From Phallusia mammillata (taxonomy: Eukaryota), in contig OZ281495.1 of assembly GCA_965637545.1 (NCBI GenBank), positions 25,048,001 through 25,112,000 of the forward strand: a DNA stretch of 64,000 nt, in the 5' to 3' direction. Below are positions 25,391 through 39,213 of the stretch, one piece after another; position 1 is the stretch's first letter, and every line of letters begins with the position of its first letter. Below the pieces are notes generated by a model that made no database searches, was not told the origin of the DNA, and saw nothing but the letters and a program-made list of their open reading frames with translations. Made by a program: the position numbers and the translations under genes.

Positions 25391-26914
25391 AATAAGTAAG
25401 CCCGTCGAAAGTCAAATCACAAGCACCGTTGCCTGCCTCGTATGTTGCACATGTACGCTTCGTAGTAGGAAATCGCCAGATTGACCAGTAATCAGTTAAG
25501 GTGAACATGAATTTATAACTGGAATCAGCCCTCTGCACTTGGGCCAATAAAACACAAGCGATTGTTAAGGGACAAAAACCTAAAATCTTCGTGGTAAATT
25601 GCCCTTTAGTCTTACTAATCCCAAAAATATCCCCCAAATCAGTCAGTCTTAGCATTACCAAAATGGGTATTAGAAACGTCCCGGCGTTGGTAGTTTACAA
25701 ATATGTTGCCAAACGAGTTTTCATTGACGCATGATAAGTCTGGCCGAAAGGGCAGTTTTGTAAAGACATGTTATGACATGATTTTAACACATACACATTG
25801 CCAATTACTGAATGCCCTACTGCGAAAAGACGTTCAATGAATAATATGCAAGAGTTACGAACGGAAAACAAATGCCAAACAGCCCATATTTGTCCGGCGA
25901 ATCAAACATAATTTTCAGATTTGGCAAGGAAGCAACTCTTGCACGTCCAGTTTGCATGTTTAAAGTAAATTTCTTCCCAAACACTGCACTAATGTAGTTT
26001 CCGCTCTTTTATACGACATAAACAATAATAATCTGTTTGATGGCTATTTAAACCGTATTTTTTGCATGGTTATTATTTCTGTTCGAGTATTTTTTACCTA
26101 TGCCTGTAGACCATGTGCTAGTTGCATCATACCAAACGGTGACATTGCACAATTACGTGCATAAAGGGGATTTTATGTTGTGACGAAGTAGTTGCGGAAA
26201 GGCTTTCTCTTTTACTTTAAAATACGTAAAGTTCGCACAGGCCATTACGTCATAGTCACGACATTTACGTATTTAGTGCGTGGCGTAGTTGGTAATACTG
26301 ATTCTCATAAGACGATACATCGTGACCCCAAAATACTTTTTTCGACCCGCAAAGTATGCGAAGAAGCCTATTTCCCAATAATCGTGCTCTTACTCAGAGG
26401 CAAGACGTAAGTTTTTCTGTGCGAAGATTTTACAGGAAGCGGCTTATACTTCATAGCAGATTGACTATAGGCAAAAGTGTAGAGATATTGTAATATTTAG
26501 AAAACAAACATCAATATGTTTTTTAAGTTTATTGAGGAAAATAACGACCCAAAGAGACTTAAAAAAGTGACATGCTTTATTTTTCGAAAGTTTGACTCGT
26601 GAAATTTTAAAAAAAATCTCATGAAATTTATCAGTGTTTTGCCGAAACGTTAAAATAATAAAGCATGTCGATGTGGACGTCTATTTGAGCCGTTAATTTC
26701 CTCATTCAACTTTTTAACACATGTATATAGTCTTCTAAAGTAGATGTCGAGCTAATTTAAACTGGCTGGTAGCATAATAGTGGCGAGGCACATGATAAAG
26801 GAGCCTTTAAAATACAAGAGGAAATCTATGCAGGTTATTACTGTAAAATATTCATCAGAAGCAACCTTATTTTTTACCAAGATTTTGCTAACTTTGCTCA
26901 AAATAACTGACGTG

Positions 26915-29900
26915 ATGGCTAGATTTCCAATGGAAGTACCATTTTCACTACCATCAGTACAAAAACCAGGGTTTGTCAACAATTTGGTTACTAAGATGCC
27001 AGTTACTCTACCTATAAAAGAAACTCTAGCCCCAAATCATCCGACAACTACTTTGGCGACAACGACAATGACAAGCCTACGACCACCAACCTTTGCATTG
27101 ACAACAACCAATAAGCCGAGTCCAAGCCTACAAACTTTTGCATTAACGACTGCCGCAACAAGCAGTCCAAACCCAGCGACTTTTACATTGGGAACTACGA
27201 CAACAATGAACCCAAACCCAACAACTTTTACATTGGCGACTCCGACGACAACAGCAAGCTTAAGTCCATCAACTTTTACCATGGAATCTCCGACACCAAC
27301 GACGCCTAAAACTGCAGCCTTTGTAGTCAATTTTATCACCTCAACTTTGCCCATAGCTCCTTCACCTCCGCCAGTAAACAGCACTACAACAGCAAACTTT
27401 TTCTCAACAACAGCAACTCAAACCTCTACACATTCTGTTGTCGGATCTCTGGCGTTAAACGGGTTTCCAGCGTTTTGTTCCCAGTCGGTCGTCGACAGTT
27501 GTTCGAACACATCAGTGAAGGATTGTGGTCAGTGCAGCATGGTTGGAGCTGGGCTCTTTGGATTTTTTGTTGTTTTTCTGGCCTTGGCTATAATCATAGC
27601 AAATTTTCTGGTGATTTGGCTCTTCCTAAAGGAAAAATCAATGTTTACTGGAAGCTACAGAAAGATCAAGGCATCTCTAGCCGTTGCAGATTTGCTTACA
27701 GGTGACTACGTAATAATTGTAACAGACAAAAACAAACAAATCTGGTTAATTTCCACCTGTTAATAGCACTTTTTGTTTAGTTGCGTGAGTATTGTGATTT
27801 TGTGAACCCAAAAAATTTGTAAGAAAAACAGGGCAAATGGGTATGCGGTTTACTGGATCTGTATTGGCATTTAATCAATAGAAAACTCTAAACAATTAGG
27901 TTCTTAATTGCCCCAAAAGCATTCTCAAATTCTATTTTGTTTGCTTTCATTTGTTGCCCTGGTTTCAAACCAAAGCTTTGAACAGGTCCCGGTGACTTTA
28001 GTTGTTTGGCATGGGTATCCATTACCTATAATTGTATCTACTTTTCTTTTTAAAGGAATTTTACTTTTCGCTGTGGCTCTCCCCAACTTTCTATACACGA
28101 TCAACTCAACTCCTGACGAGCTTCTTCTATATACTATTTCGCTGCAGCATTCCCCTTTAGCCATTGCTGGAGGAGTGTTTTACATTCTCATCTACACCTC
28201 ATCACTGTACCATCTGGTCTTCCTCGGTCAACAACGTCTATTTGCCGTCCGTTGGCCTATTCGGTATAAGCATCAGGCTGACTTCAACGTCTACATTGGT
28301 TTGGCTGTCGTTTGGGTTCTGTCCGTTTTGTGTGCCTTTGCTCCATGTAAGTTTCAGTACAATTACCAACTCAAGTCCTTTAAACATCTAAACATACGTT
28401 TTATATTGCAGTGTGGTTTCCGGGTGTATTTGAGTTTGGTTACCAACACATGATATTCCTCTTCAACCTAACACTTTCCGCCACGAGGACAGAAACCATT
28501 TACACGCCCTTGGTTATCATGGTCGTTGTTGTATTTATTCTACCCTATCTATTAATGGTAAGTTTCAGTATACCCAAACTAGTTTTTGCTTAGCCGGTCG
28601 ATACATCAAAATTGTAGCAGGATGTATCAAACATGTAACACGTTTATACAAAACATGACATGATATCTAACATGACATGTCCTATAATACTTAGTTCCGA
28701 CGCCAGGGCAGCTATAAATAATAAAGCATCCGTGCGTTGTGCTGATTTTACTTTGTTTTTACGCACATTTTTCGTTCCAACACACACCATAGACTCTTCC
28801 ATAGACTCTGCTCTTCAACCTTTTTTGGTTTGGTGAACCCTTAAATGTGTTGTAACGAACTCATGCACCCTGTTTACCTAACTGAGGACAAAAACGACAT
28901 GAAAAATGGCGTGAGCTGTTTGGTCTCGACGTACATTAACGGGCAGCCGCACTTTTGATCAAAAACTTTTGACGTAAATTTGCACCCATGTATACCTTTT
29001 CGTACTGATGCACCCCAGGCATATTTTGGTGCACCCCAGGGTGTACACACCGGTTGAAGAGCACTGCCATAGACTAAAGTTGTCGAAATTAATTATTTTA
29101 TTAATTCATAATATACCCTGCACTATACAAGAATCGGTTCATAAGTTTAATGAGAATAATAACGGCCCAAACTGATGTAAAAGGCGACATGCTTTGTTAT
29201 TTAAACTTTTCGGTAAATGCGCATGCCTTCATCAGTGATATGGGGGACCGCGGCCACTGATTGATAAATGATGTAAGCATATGCCGAAATGTTTAATAAA
29301 CCATGTCGCTTTTTCTTACCATTTGGGACGTTATATTTTCCTCATTAAATAATATACCTCTTCTTGAAATATTTTTAAAATTTCTTTAAAAATTATACAA
29401 ACGCACTTAAAATAAGAGGTTTGTTTGCAGAGTGCATTTACCGCTGCCACTGGTTTCTATGTCTCGAAACATCTCCGAAAATCCGCAAAGTTTACAACTA
29501 ATAATTCTGAGAGCAAAAAAGAGTTGGTGGTTTTTGCAACGATGGCTATAATGCAACTTGGGTTTACTATCACATTGGGTAAGATTACAAAACAGTCCTT
29601 TTTTGGTAGAAAATCTTGTTTAAGTCTTGTGTAAAGCAACAAACGAATCAAATTAAAAGTTGATTATTATTTTGTTACCTTATTGAGTTCGAATAAATGT
29701 GTTTACACCAAACTAATCCAACGAAATGTTAACTAGGTTTTACAAAATTTGTTTTGAGTAACAAGGACGAAATTATTTTGTTATGTTTTAGTTCCCCTTG
29801 TTGTGGTTGTGATCATGAGCTACACCGGGGACCTAAACAGCACCAACATTTCAACTCCATATATTACATGTTTCTACCTTTCAATGACTAACAGGTTTGT

Positions 29901-30144
29901 GTATAAAGTAAAAAGTCTTGGATCATTGCATGCGGTTGCAATCAAACCTATTTGTTTTAACAGCTTGGTGAATGTCTTCGTGTACAGTGCGGTCGATTCA
30001 ACCTTCAGAAAATCGGTCGGAGAACTTTTCTGTGCCTGCTGCCCAAGCAAACTAAAGTCGCCACCTCCATCAACAAAAAGCAAACACACGGCCTTATCCA
30101 AAAACACCAAGAGTCAAACTAAGTCGCAAACAGATTCAGTATGA
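26915..30144 (+). CDS. Orphan class A GPCR, copy 3 (Thr/Pro repeat N-terminus)
   Basis: Approximate exons 26915-27701, 28056-28346, 28412-28557, 29431-29578, 29792-29894, 29964-30144. ATG 26915 was chosen because a splice acceptor at ~26881 precedes it. Motifs SLAVAD, GQQRLFAV, NSLVNVFVY. Confidence 0.88.
28807..29066. mobile_element. hAT-type MITE in intron 3 of GPCR copy 3
   Basis: TIRs (TC)TGCTCTTCAACC / GGTTGAAGAGCACTG; TSD CCATAGAC on both sides; left end damaged by a local 12-bp duplication. Confidence 0.8.
29129..29365. mobile_element. Degenerate fold-back (palindromic) MITE
   Basis: TTTAATGAG..ATAACGGCCCAAA..GCGACATG..TTTCGG..ATCAGTG is mirrored by CACTGAT..CCGAAA..CATGTCGC..TTTGGGACGTTAT..CTCATTAAA. 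Confidence 0.75.
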
Positions 30145-31281
30145 AAAGAAGATGTTTGCCTCAATCACAACAAATCAATATGTTTTGTACATGTGGCCCC
30201 CATGAAGTTGAGTTAAGTTGAGTTCATGACGCTTGTTGAAAGACAACATAGCGACAAGTAGTGAATAGTTCCTCAACATCAAGGGCCGCGTGTGTCTTTT
30301 AAGAGGCGCTTGCCAATTTACGTGCCAACATTTTTGTGAGCAATTCTGGTTTGTTTCAGCCGATAGTTGGCAGAAAGCATAGTGTTTTTGCATGTAGGCT
30401 GGATTTTAAGACAATTGCACAAAAGTAAAAACAATGTAACAGTTTAATTTAGTACGTCAAAAAACGTTTGGCGTGCCGCGGAAAAATACCTCTCGTGTCA
30501 AGGCTCGCTGACCCCTGCTTCACATATGGCAAATCAATACCATTTGAATAGAGGATATATAGTGTTTTTAGTTTCTCCGCTGTCCAAACTGTACTGTTTA
30601 GAACTCAATGTATATGAGGTGTATAACTGTAAAGTAGAAATGTTATCTGGTGTATTGCATGAATTTTCCCCAAATTAAATGTTAACGTTTCACTCATGTA
30701 TTTCTGTGTAGCCTACAGCTAGGCCTGTCAAAGACACAACGTAAAATTACAACTAACTCAAAGCGTTCACGTACATTAAATCGTGTTAGACTTTGAAAAG
30801 CTGATTTGTTTATTACAGTACATTTTAGTACACATCCGTAATCAAATTGAGATCAAATTCTTTAAACAAAAACAAGGAAGCTTAATAGACATTTGATAAA
30901 AGCAATGGTTTGTTACGCAATCGTTTGTTTTCTTTTATTCGCCGTGTGGTTTTATTTTTAATTGTTTCAACTTCAAACAGTGGCAAATAAAATATTCAAT
31001 TGAAAAAAAATATATTTATATGTTTATATATATCAGAATGGTTCTATTAAGGTTTAGTTTAGATTTTTTTTATATTTATCTGTACAACCACTGCACTGAC
31101 AGCAAAGTACAAAACTTTTACCGGAAAAGCTGACATACCAAAAAGTGCATGGCGTAATTCGAATGGTTGTAATGCGTGTTTGTGCAAAACAAAATGCCCA
31201 TGACAACGTGGTGGTCAGATTTTTGCAAGCCTATTATAGGCAAACAAAGCGAAAAGGCAATATTGGCGTCACTATATAGAT

Positions 31282-32041
31282 CAGGAGCGGGCAACATACG
31301 GCCCGCGACGTGATTTTGAGCGGCCCGCAGACAGTTTCCGGTCTTACATGATAATGTGGCCCGCGGCCACAGTCTGCCACAATCCCCCACTACTTGCTTA
31401 CTGCGTCAAAGTTGTAACGGACAGTAACGCTCCCCAATAGCAAAAAACTGTCCCGCCGTTGTTACCATGGTACCATACGTCCATTGTTATGGCATAACTG
31501 CCAACCTTGTGTGTGGCCTGCTTTCACGGTTTCCTTTGTTTCCACACGTGTAGCCTAGTTAGTGTTATAGCAGTATCTAAGTCTGTGATGTATGCATTAA
31601 ATTTGCTGTGGTGAATAATTTTATGTTATATCAGTTTGATTGTTTGAACTGTATTGTAATTGTGACGTTCTTGATTGTATTTGGTTTAGGTCAGTGGTTC
31701 TCAAACTCGGTTTTCGGGGCCGCATGCGGCTCCCAACTACTAATTTTGCGGTTTGCACCAGACCTCAGAAAACCACCAAACATTGCTATTTTAGCTTTCA
31801 AGGAAATAATCTTTAGTGATTTTCTCAAGGTTTCGTTTTTTTGCGGCTCTCTACATACTTAAAAAAATTCCATTTTGCCCCGACAATAAAAAAGTTTGAG
31901 AACCACTGGTTTAGGTGGTCAAAAATCCGTTTTAAATCACTGGATAAATACGCGATTAATGTATCGATTCAGAAATCCGGCCCGCCAAGTACTTCATTTT
32001 CCCATATCAGGCCCGCCACCTGGAGAAGTTGCCCGCCCCTG
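31282..32041. mobile_element. hAT-type MITE (outer of a nested pair)
   Basis: TIRs CAGGAGCGGGCAAC / GTTGCCCGCCCCTG; perfect TSD ATATAGAT. Confidence 0.9.
31692..31908. mobile_element. hAT-type MITE (inner of a nested pair)
   Basis: TIRs CAGTGGTTCTCAAACT / AGTTTGAGAACCACTG; perfect TSD GTTTAGGT. Confidence 0.92.
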
Positions 32042-33597
32042 ATATAGATGGTGTCGTTGTAAACATTTCAGACGCTAGACTATTCAGCTCAACCTGCAGA
32101 AAAATCGTTATTTGTACCCAAAAATCAAGACGATTTTTTCCGGAAAAACTTAACTAAACACCTCAGAAAGTAATATGTCCAACTTCTAACAGTTGTCCAG
32201 ATAAGCCTGTTGCTTGATAATTATCAAAAATTAGCATTACTGCCGCAATAATATTTACAACAAGGAGATCAGTCTCAAATAGGTCCCGATGCGATGCCTT
32301 CATGCATTTTATAAAAACCACAATAGTTACGTTTAGTAACACTAACCTAAATACTGTATGCCCATCGTATACCTTTCGTCTGTCGCGTACTATAGTTTTG
32401 ATGCGGTATACACTCGAGAATACGGTATATCAGTTGGAAGAGCACGCTGGAATTGATGCTTCAGATGCACTGCACGAAACGCGTATTGAGTATTTTGCTT
32501 CTTAACTTGCTAATTGTGTCGGTGAAGAGTTTAAGGAAAAAAGAAACAAACTACAACGTCAAACCTAGCTGTTCAAGCATATTTAACACCACCAAAAAAG
32601 GAAAGAACTATGAGTGGAGTCACAGAATAGGTGAATAAAACAGTGAGCAGCATTACACGTTTTTAGGCAAACAGGCAGTTCATGAAAACAGGTGGCAATT
32701 CACTCGTTCTTAAGTGAAAATATGTTTTTTACCATCCAAAGGTTTGGACAAGTGATATTTAGTTACGTGTAAAAAGCTATTCAACTACGTTTCTGTTGGT
32801 ATTTGGCAAGGTAACTTTTTGCGGCAAGGTAAAGCGGCACAAACAACAAAGCGTATATTTGGTACACGTAAAAACCCTCAACACAACCGTGAGAAAACCT
32901 GTGGTTTGACCTGGATTGATGTATATCGTGGACGAGGTGACTTTAGTCTCACTTCCTGTGTCCCGCGAGTTTACTACGAGATTATTAATGCGAAAAAAGC
33001 TGCCAAACTATAAGCGTCGGGTTACTGAAGTAAATCACCCATAAAAAGAGACAAGTAATAATTCTTTGTTATTTCCCCACGCTGGTGTTAAATAAAGTGG
33101 AAGTTAAGCACGTGATGGTCTGAACTTTGAACTCTGCAGTAAAAATAAGCCTTGTATAAGTGCGTGGCAAACTGTTTGACATCGTTTTAGTGAAACCTTA
33201 GCACTTGCTAATATTGTATCGAATCCGTGATCGGCATCAACATAACACAGGAAGCTTGCTACAACGTACGGCATGCGAAAAATCATTGTAGTTATACTTC
33301 GTGTTGAAACCAGGCGCGTTTATGCACTCCTTAAGGAGAGTAATTTTGAAAAGTATAAAGTATTTTTTAATGGAGGACAGTAATTTTTAAGTATAGGAAA
33401 GTATTTTACGCACAAGGCGATGGAACAATTTGGAGAAGATATTTTTGGAAATATTATTTGTGTCAATTGCTGTGCATTAAGAGAACTTAGCTTGGTTATT
33501 ACACCTTACCTGTTTTCTTTATTTAGCAGACACAGAATTTTTGGTAATTTCGTGGCTTGTGTATAATTGCAAATATTATAGCCTACTTGTAACCATT

Positions 33598-36408
33598 ATG
33601 AATCATACTTTGCCTCCGTTGCCTCCGCCGTTACCACCCTATCCATGGGAGCTATTTCCTGCGCCTCCAGTTTCAAACTTTATAGCAGACCGCTACGTGA
33701 ATGTGAGCAATCCTAACGTTTCGCATGTGTGTGGAGTTTTACCGTTTTGCAATCCTTCAGCGGTTTCTACATGTGTCGACGTACAGTTGTCAAAGTGCCC
33801 GGATTGTAACACAGCCACAGCCGGAGTTTTTGTGTTTTGTATTGTTTTTCTGGGTCTTTCCATTTTTCTATCTAACGGTTTCGTGATATTTTGCACGATC
33901 ATGAAACGACCGGGCTTTACTGGGCATTACAGCGCTATCAAAGCATCACTGGCCGGTTGTGATATACTAACAGGTCAGTAAACATACCACGTTTATATTT
34001 TCTTCGGTTAAAGAGTTTAAAGTAAAAAAATCGAACCAAATGTAAAATAAGCTTCTAGCTATACTTTCAGCGTAGTTTGGAATTTTCCAAAAGTTAAGTT
34101 TAAAAACATATTTTTTAAAACTAACAAACGGCTGAAACTTTCAACTAAAATTGATCTGTATCACATGGTTCAGGACGATTTTATGCACAAGCACACATTT
34201 CATCTCGAAAACCTGTGCCACGAATATTGATTTATTTTCAGGCATCCAGCTGTTAGTAGTTGTCGTTTACAACTTCAGTTGGTCGATCAACGTCACAGCT
34301 TCAGAGCTTGACCAGCAACATTTAGCATTGCGTGGAAGCATAGGCGCAGTGCTTGCGGGAATGTTGTATCTTATTGGCTTCTCGGCATCACTAAATCACC
34401 TCATATTGATGGGACAACAACGCTTGTATGCCATCTCACAGCCGATCAACTACAAACGCCAAAGCAAGCGCATCGTATACCTTGGTATCACTTTGGCGTG
34501 GTTGTTAGCAGTATTGCCGGCTACGATTCCAAGTAAGTTGATATTTTTCATTTAGCAAGTTATGAAATTTCCAGTTTGGAAACCATTCTTAAAGCTATAT
34601 ACCTGGCCTCCTCAAGAGTTGTTAGCGGGTCCGAAATTCGAGCTCGAATCCGAAAGTTTTAGCCCGAAGCCCGACCCTCAATTAATCGGTTTTGAGAAGC
34701 CCGTGTAGGCACGAAGGTTTGATTGACAGGCCTATATAAATAAATAAAAAACACAAATACAATGGACAATGGCACAAAATAGACGTTTTCGGACTGATAA
34801 GCATTATCTCCAGCAACCAGCTACGTAGGCAAGTAATTTATATTTAAGAAAATTACTAACAAAGAATGTAAAGTCAGGCCAGAATCAAGCCCGTTCGTTA
34901 AAGACACCAAGCCCGAACCCGACCCGAAAAAACCGGCCCGACTAACAACCCTAAATGTTTTTCGTGGTTTTACATTTTTAACCGAATTATAAAAGTAATT
35001 ATCATTGCAGTGTGGTTTCCCGATGTCTTCGTCTTTACCTATTCAACGCCTATCTTCATCTACAGCATTTCGATCAAACCGATCTCAGTCACGTCGTTCA
35101 ATTCCTTACCTCTCATACTGCTGTTCGTCGTCATTTACATGGTTCCGTTTCTGATTATGGTACGTCTGGGTAAACGAAAGCTTATTCTACGATTCCTTGT
35201 TGTAAGTTTAAACGATGTTTCCTGTATCAGTTTAATTGTTAGGTATGCATGCTTTCGCACATATTATTATTGTTTTTGTTTTTTTAACTTTATTGCTATC
35301 AGTCGGGTTTCATTAGGATGTTAGCAATTACTCCTGAGGAGCTGCGCTCTCTGCTAATAACCTAAAATACATTTAAGTTACAGCAACAAACTTGTGTGTT
35401 ATACTTTGTCACCATTTTCTCCTCAGACCACGATCAGCGTCGTAACAGTAGTAGTTGTGAAGAAAAAAGTAATAGCAAAATGGAGAGAACTGCGACAAAG
35501 TGACCAGAAAAAAGAAATGGCGATTTTTACGACTCTGGCAATCATGCAAATCGGGTTCACTGTAACTTTACGTAAGTGATTTTAATAATGCTTAAACATT
35601 AAAATTAAATTTTACGAGACGTTTTTGTTTCAGTGCCCATCTTGGTAGTTGTATGTCTCACATATTCTTCACATTTGAACTGTCACAATTTATCTGTGCC
35701 TTATTCTATCTGCTTCTACCTGAGCACTTCAAACAGGTCAGTTTACCAGATTCAAGTCAGGTTCCACTTTATTCATTTCCAATGTTTTGTCATCAAGTCT
35801 ACCAAGGTTTCAAAAACCCATGTTCTCGTGTGTGAGGTCAACTAAATGCATTAAGTATTCTTGTGCTCTGAAGTAAATTGTAGGCTAGAATGTTTAGTTT
35901 GCAGCTAAGGACAAGTAAGCTAAAGTGAGTGTGCACATTACAACTGGTGGCATTGGCCGTGTATTGGCTTGTAGAGCCACCTTACGGCACAAAGTATTGG
36001 GAATAACAGGTTGAAACACATCACTGAATATGTTGGATGTCACATCTAGCCTAGGGGTAGTTCCACAATGACCAAGCAACAGCTTGGAAACCAAAGTGGT
36101 GTCGGCTCAGAATTCTACAATTTTTTTGTCCGTGTATGTCAACACAGTATTTCTTACTTTCTTGTATAATTCTAATATTCTTTTAATAATAATTTGAAAC
36201 CAATCTTAGCATTTGCTTTTGTAGCTTTGTGAACGTGCTGACGTACAGCGCCCGGGACTCCGATTTCCGAAAAGCAGTTGTCCATTACTTTTCGCTTTGT
36301 TGCCACAAGAAGAACAAGACCACAGAAACAAACAGTTTAAAAACAACTCACCACAATCATGTCAGTCTCGAAAGCATTGAAAATCATCATACAACCACGA
36401 AAACATAA
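33598..36408 (+). CDS. Orphan class A GPCR, copy 4 (short N-terminus)
   Basis: Approximate exons 33598-33973, 34242-34532, 35011-35159, 35427-35571, 35634-35736, 36225-36408. Motifs SLAGCD, GQQRLYAI, NSFVNVLTY. Confidence 0.88.
34614..34953. mobile_element. Diverged MITE in intron 2 of GPCR copy 4
   Basis: AGAGTTGTTAGCGGGTCCG ... CCGGCCCGACTAACAACCCTA, with internal GCCCG repeats. No clear TSD. Confidence 0.6.
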
Positions 36409-36926
36409 AAACAGGAGTTATTGAAGGGTTTTAATTGTCGCCAAATCCTATCTCACAATGTTTTTAGTCAAGCAGAGTAATATTTCCTAATGACTTGTGT
36501 TAAAAAAACCCTTTATTATTGTACCAATCAAGTGTTTTTCAGTTTTTTCGCAAACTAGAACATCATAGCATATAAAAAACATAACTGTGTGTATTGGCGT
36601 GCTTCAGTACTACATGTCCAAGGACTTACCTCAACTTTACGTAGTGTTTGTGGGCTGGGATCAACAGCTATTGCTTTTTTCAACACTATTGTGATCAGTT
36701 TAGTTACAGAGGAGGAAATTGTTTGTTCTTCCTACGCATCAACGGACACGTTTTGTTACCCACATTCGCGCTACTTCGCAGGAAGCAAATGAACTGCGCT
36801 GTGTTAAAACAACCAAGGTTTAGTTTAGTTTTATTGCGAGGTAAATGAGTAGTCGACTTCTTTCGATTTATTAAACATTTTGGAGTTTATGTTTATAACC
36901 TAAAAAGGTTTAGAAAAGGTTTAGAA

Positions 36927-37208
36927 CAGCGGTTCCCAAACTGGGATCCGTGGACCAAATGGGGTCCGTACAGCAGTTTCAGAGGGTCCGCAATGTACAT
37001 TACCGATTGTATTTCGATAATAAAGCTTTCCAGGGTGTAGTGCTTGCTTTATAACTTATTACGTAGTCTTTGTTAGCGAATTTGTTTTTTCTTTTATTGG
37101 TGTGATTTTTGCATTTTTCCTTCTTTAATTTTTATAGGGCCGCGAAATATCAGAATAATTGCAAAGGGTCCACCAGGCAAATTTTTTAGAAAAGTTTGGG
37201 AACCGCTG
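36927..37208. mobile_element. hAT-type MITE immediately upstream of GPCR copy 5
   Basis: Perfect TIRs CAGCGGTTCCCAAACT / AGTTTGGGAACCGCTG; perfect TSD GTTTAGAA. Confidence 0.92.
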
Positions 37209-37290
37209 GTTTAGAATCAACATTTAAAAGAAGGTAGAATAAATATTTGTAACAAATTTCTGTGTAGTGCAGCATAGCTCAAAAAGTACC

Positions 37291-39213
37291 ATGAATTTGC
37301 CTTTGAAGCAAATCCCGCAGTTTGATCCAACGTCCTTCGTTCAAGACCGCTTTACCATCCCCGGCCATACAAATGTGTCATACATGTGCGGAGTATTACC
37401 CTTCTGCACTAACACAGCAGTTTTCACATGCCGTAACATCACGATATCACAGTGCAAGGATTGCAGCACCGTAGGAGCCGTTTTTTTTTCTGTTTGCTGT
37501 GGTAGTTTTAGGTCTCCTCATTTTCCTCGGCAATGGTTTTGTTATTTCCTGCACTTTTATGAAACGGCCGGGTTTCACAGGACATTACAACCTCATCAGG
37601 GCGTCACTGGCAGGAGCCGATCTTCTAACAGGTAGGCCTAAGTGTAAAAAGTTTATCGTGCACGAGGCTGTTCTTTCCAAGGTCGCACAAGTGCCATTTT
37701 GTGACAGTGAATTAACATCATAACTTTACATACTGTTCTATCCCTATTTTTCTGGTTACCTTACAAGTAATAAATATTTACAAGAAATTTTTAAACTTAA
37801 ATTCCCACAATAACTGTCAATTGCTCTTGGGCACTTAAAAGTCTAAAAATCATACCGTTTTTTTACTTGCACTTACAGGCATCCAGCTTCTGGTATTGGC
37901 TGTATACAATGTGAGTTGTTCGCTAAACGTCACATCTACACAACTCGATCAACGTCAACTCGCCTTGCGAGGAAGTACTACGGCAATATTCGGGGGCATG
38001 TTGTATATTATTGGCTTTTCAGCATCGCTTAATCACTTGATATTAATGGGACAACAGCGACTCTTTGCCATCGTGCAGCCAATAGCATACCATCACCAAG
38101 GCTTGCGTACGGTATATGTTTTGATCGCGGTGGCGTAAGTTTAAGACTATTATAGATTTCTTCCAAAAAGGAAATTACTCCAAAAATACTAAAACTTATA
38201 GATAATAGGGCGGAATTTTGTATAAAAGGGCGGATAACGCTCAAAGTCAACAAAAAATATTTGCTGTAGTATGTTTTTTATAATTACTTTCATAATATGC
38301 TATTGGCTGTACCTCTCATGAACTTTAATGAGAAGATATTACATTCTCACTGGTGCCGAAACAAACTACACGTCTACATTTTTTGTTCCATGTAGGCTAT
38401 TACTCCCTTATTTTGTAAGATTTTTGCTAATGTCCTTTATTTTCAGTGTGGTTTCCAAACAGCTTGGTCTTTACCTATTTCACGCCAATTTTCATCTTTG
38501 GCGTTTCCTATAAGACGTCTGCCGGTTTATACCATCTTCTTTTACTCTATATCATCATGTACATATTTCCATTTCTGGTGATGGTGAGTACACAGACTTA
38601 AAAAATCTCAATGAGAGAACAACATTGTCGCTTTAGACATCAATAAGCATTGGAACAGTGATTGTCGTAAAGAAAAAAGTCGTAAAGAAATGGACAGAAA
38701 GGCAACGTGCTGACCACAAACGGGAAGTTGCAATATTCAAAACTCTTGCCATCATGCAAATTGGCTTTACTCTTTCGTTGTGTAAGTTTGTTGTTTTGTC
38801 AGAGTTTTATAGGGGAAAAATCTACTTATTGCTTACCATCAAGCGGATTGTGTTTATTATACTCCGATTTTGAAATTTTTCAACAATCAAACCAGCTATT
38901 GAATCTGGCAAAACTAGTACGTACATTTTTTTGGCACAGTGCCCATCCCGGTTGTGGTATTCTTGATCTACAGTGGAATACTTAGTTGTCACCACCACTC
39001 GGTGCCCTATGCAGTTTGCTTCTATGTGAGCACGACAAACAGGTTTGTGAATGATTCTCCAAAATATGTGCATTTACTCTTAGGTAATAGGCTCCTACAA
39101 AACTCCAAATTAACTCTTTTCATCCCAGCTTTGTGAATGTGCTTATCTTTAGCACAAGAGAGCCAACTTTTCGCAAGGCCTTCGTCTACTACTTTCCAAT
39201 ATGCCAACGATGA
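37291..39213 (+). pseudogene. Orphan class A GPCR, copy 5, probable pseudogene
   Basis: +1 frameshift in a T9 run (37481-37489) in TM1. Exon 2 lacks ~35 nt of TM4 relative to copy 4, ending GTGGC|gtaagt at 38134 with a phase mismatch to exon 3. Remaining exons are open. Confidence 0.75.

Noticed and set aside
26780-26914. N-terminal extension of the copy 3 ORF
   Set aside because: Non-ATG start and spans a probable splice acceptor at ~26881.
38135-38395. Possible newly gained intron plus micro-exon rescuing GPCR copy 5
   Set aside because: No GT-AG combination I tried restores the frame; a microhomology deletion is simpler.
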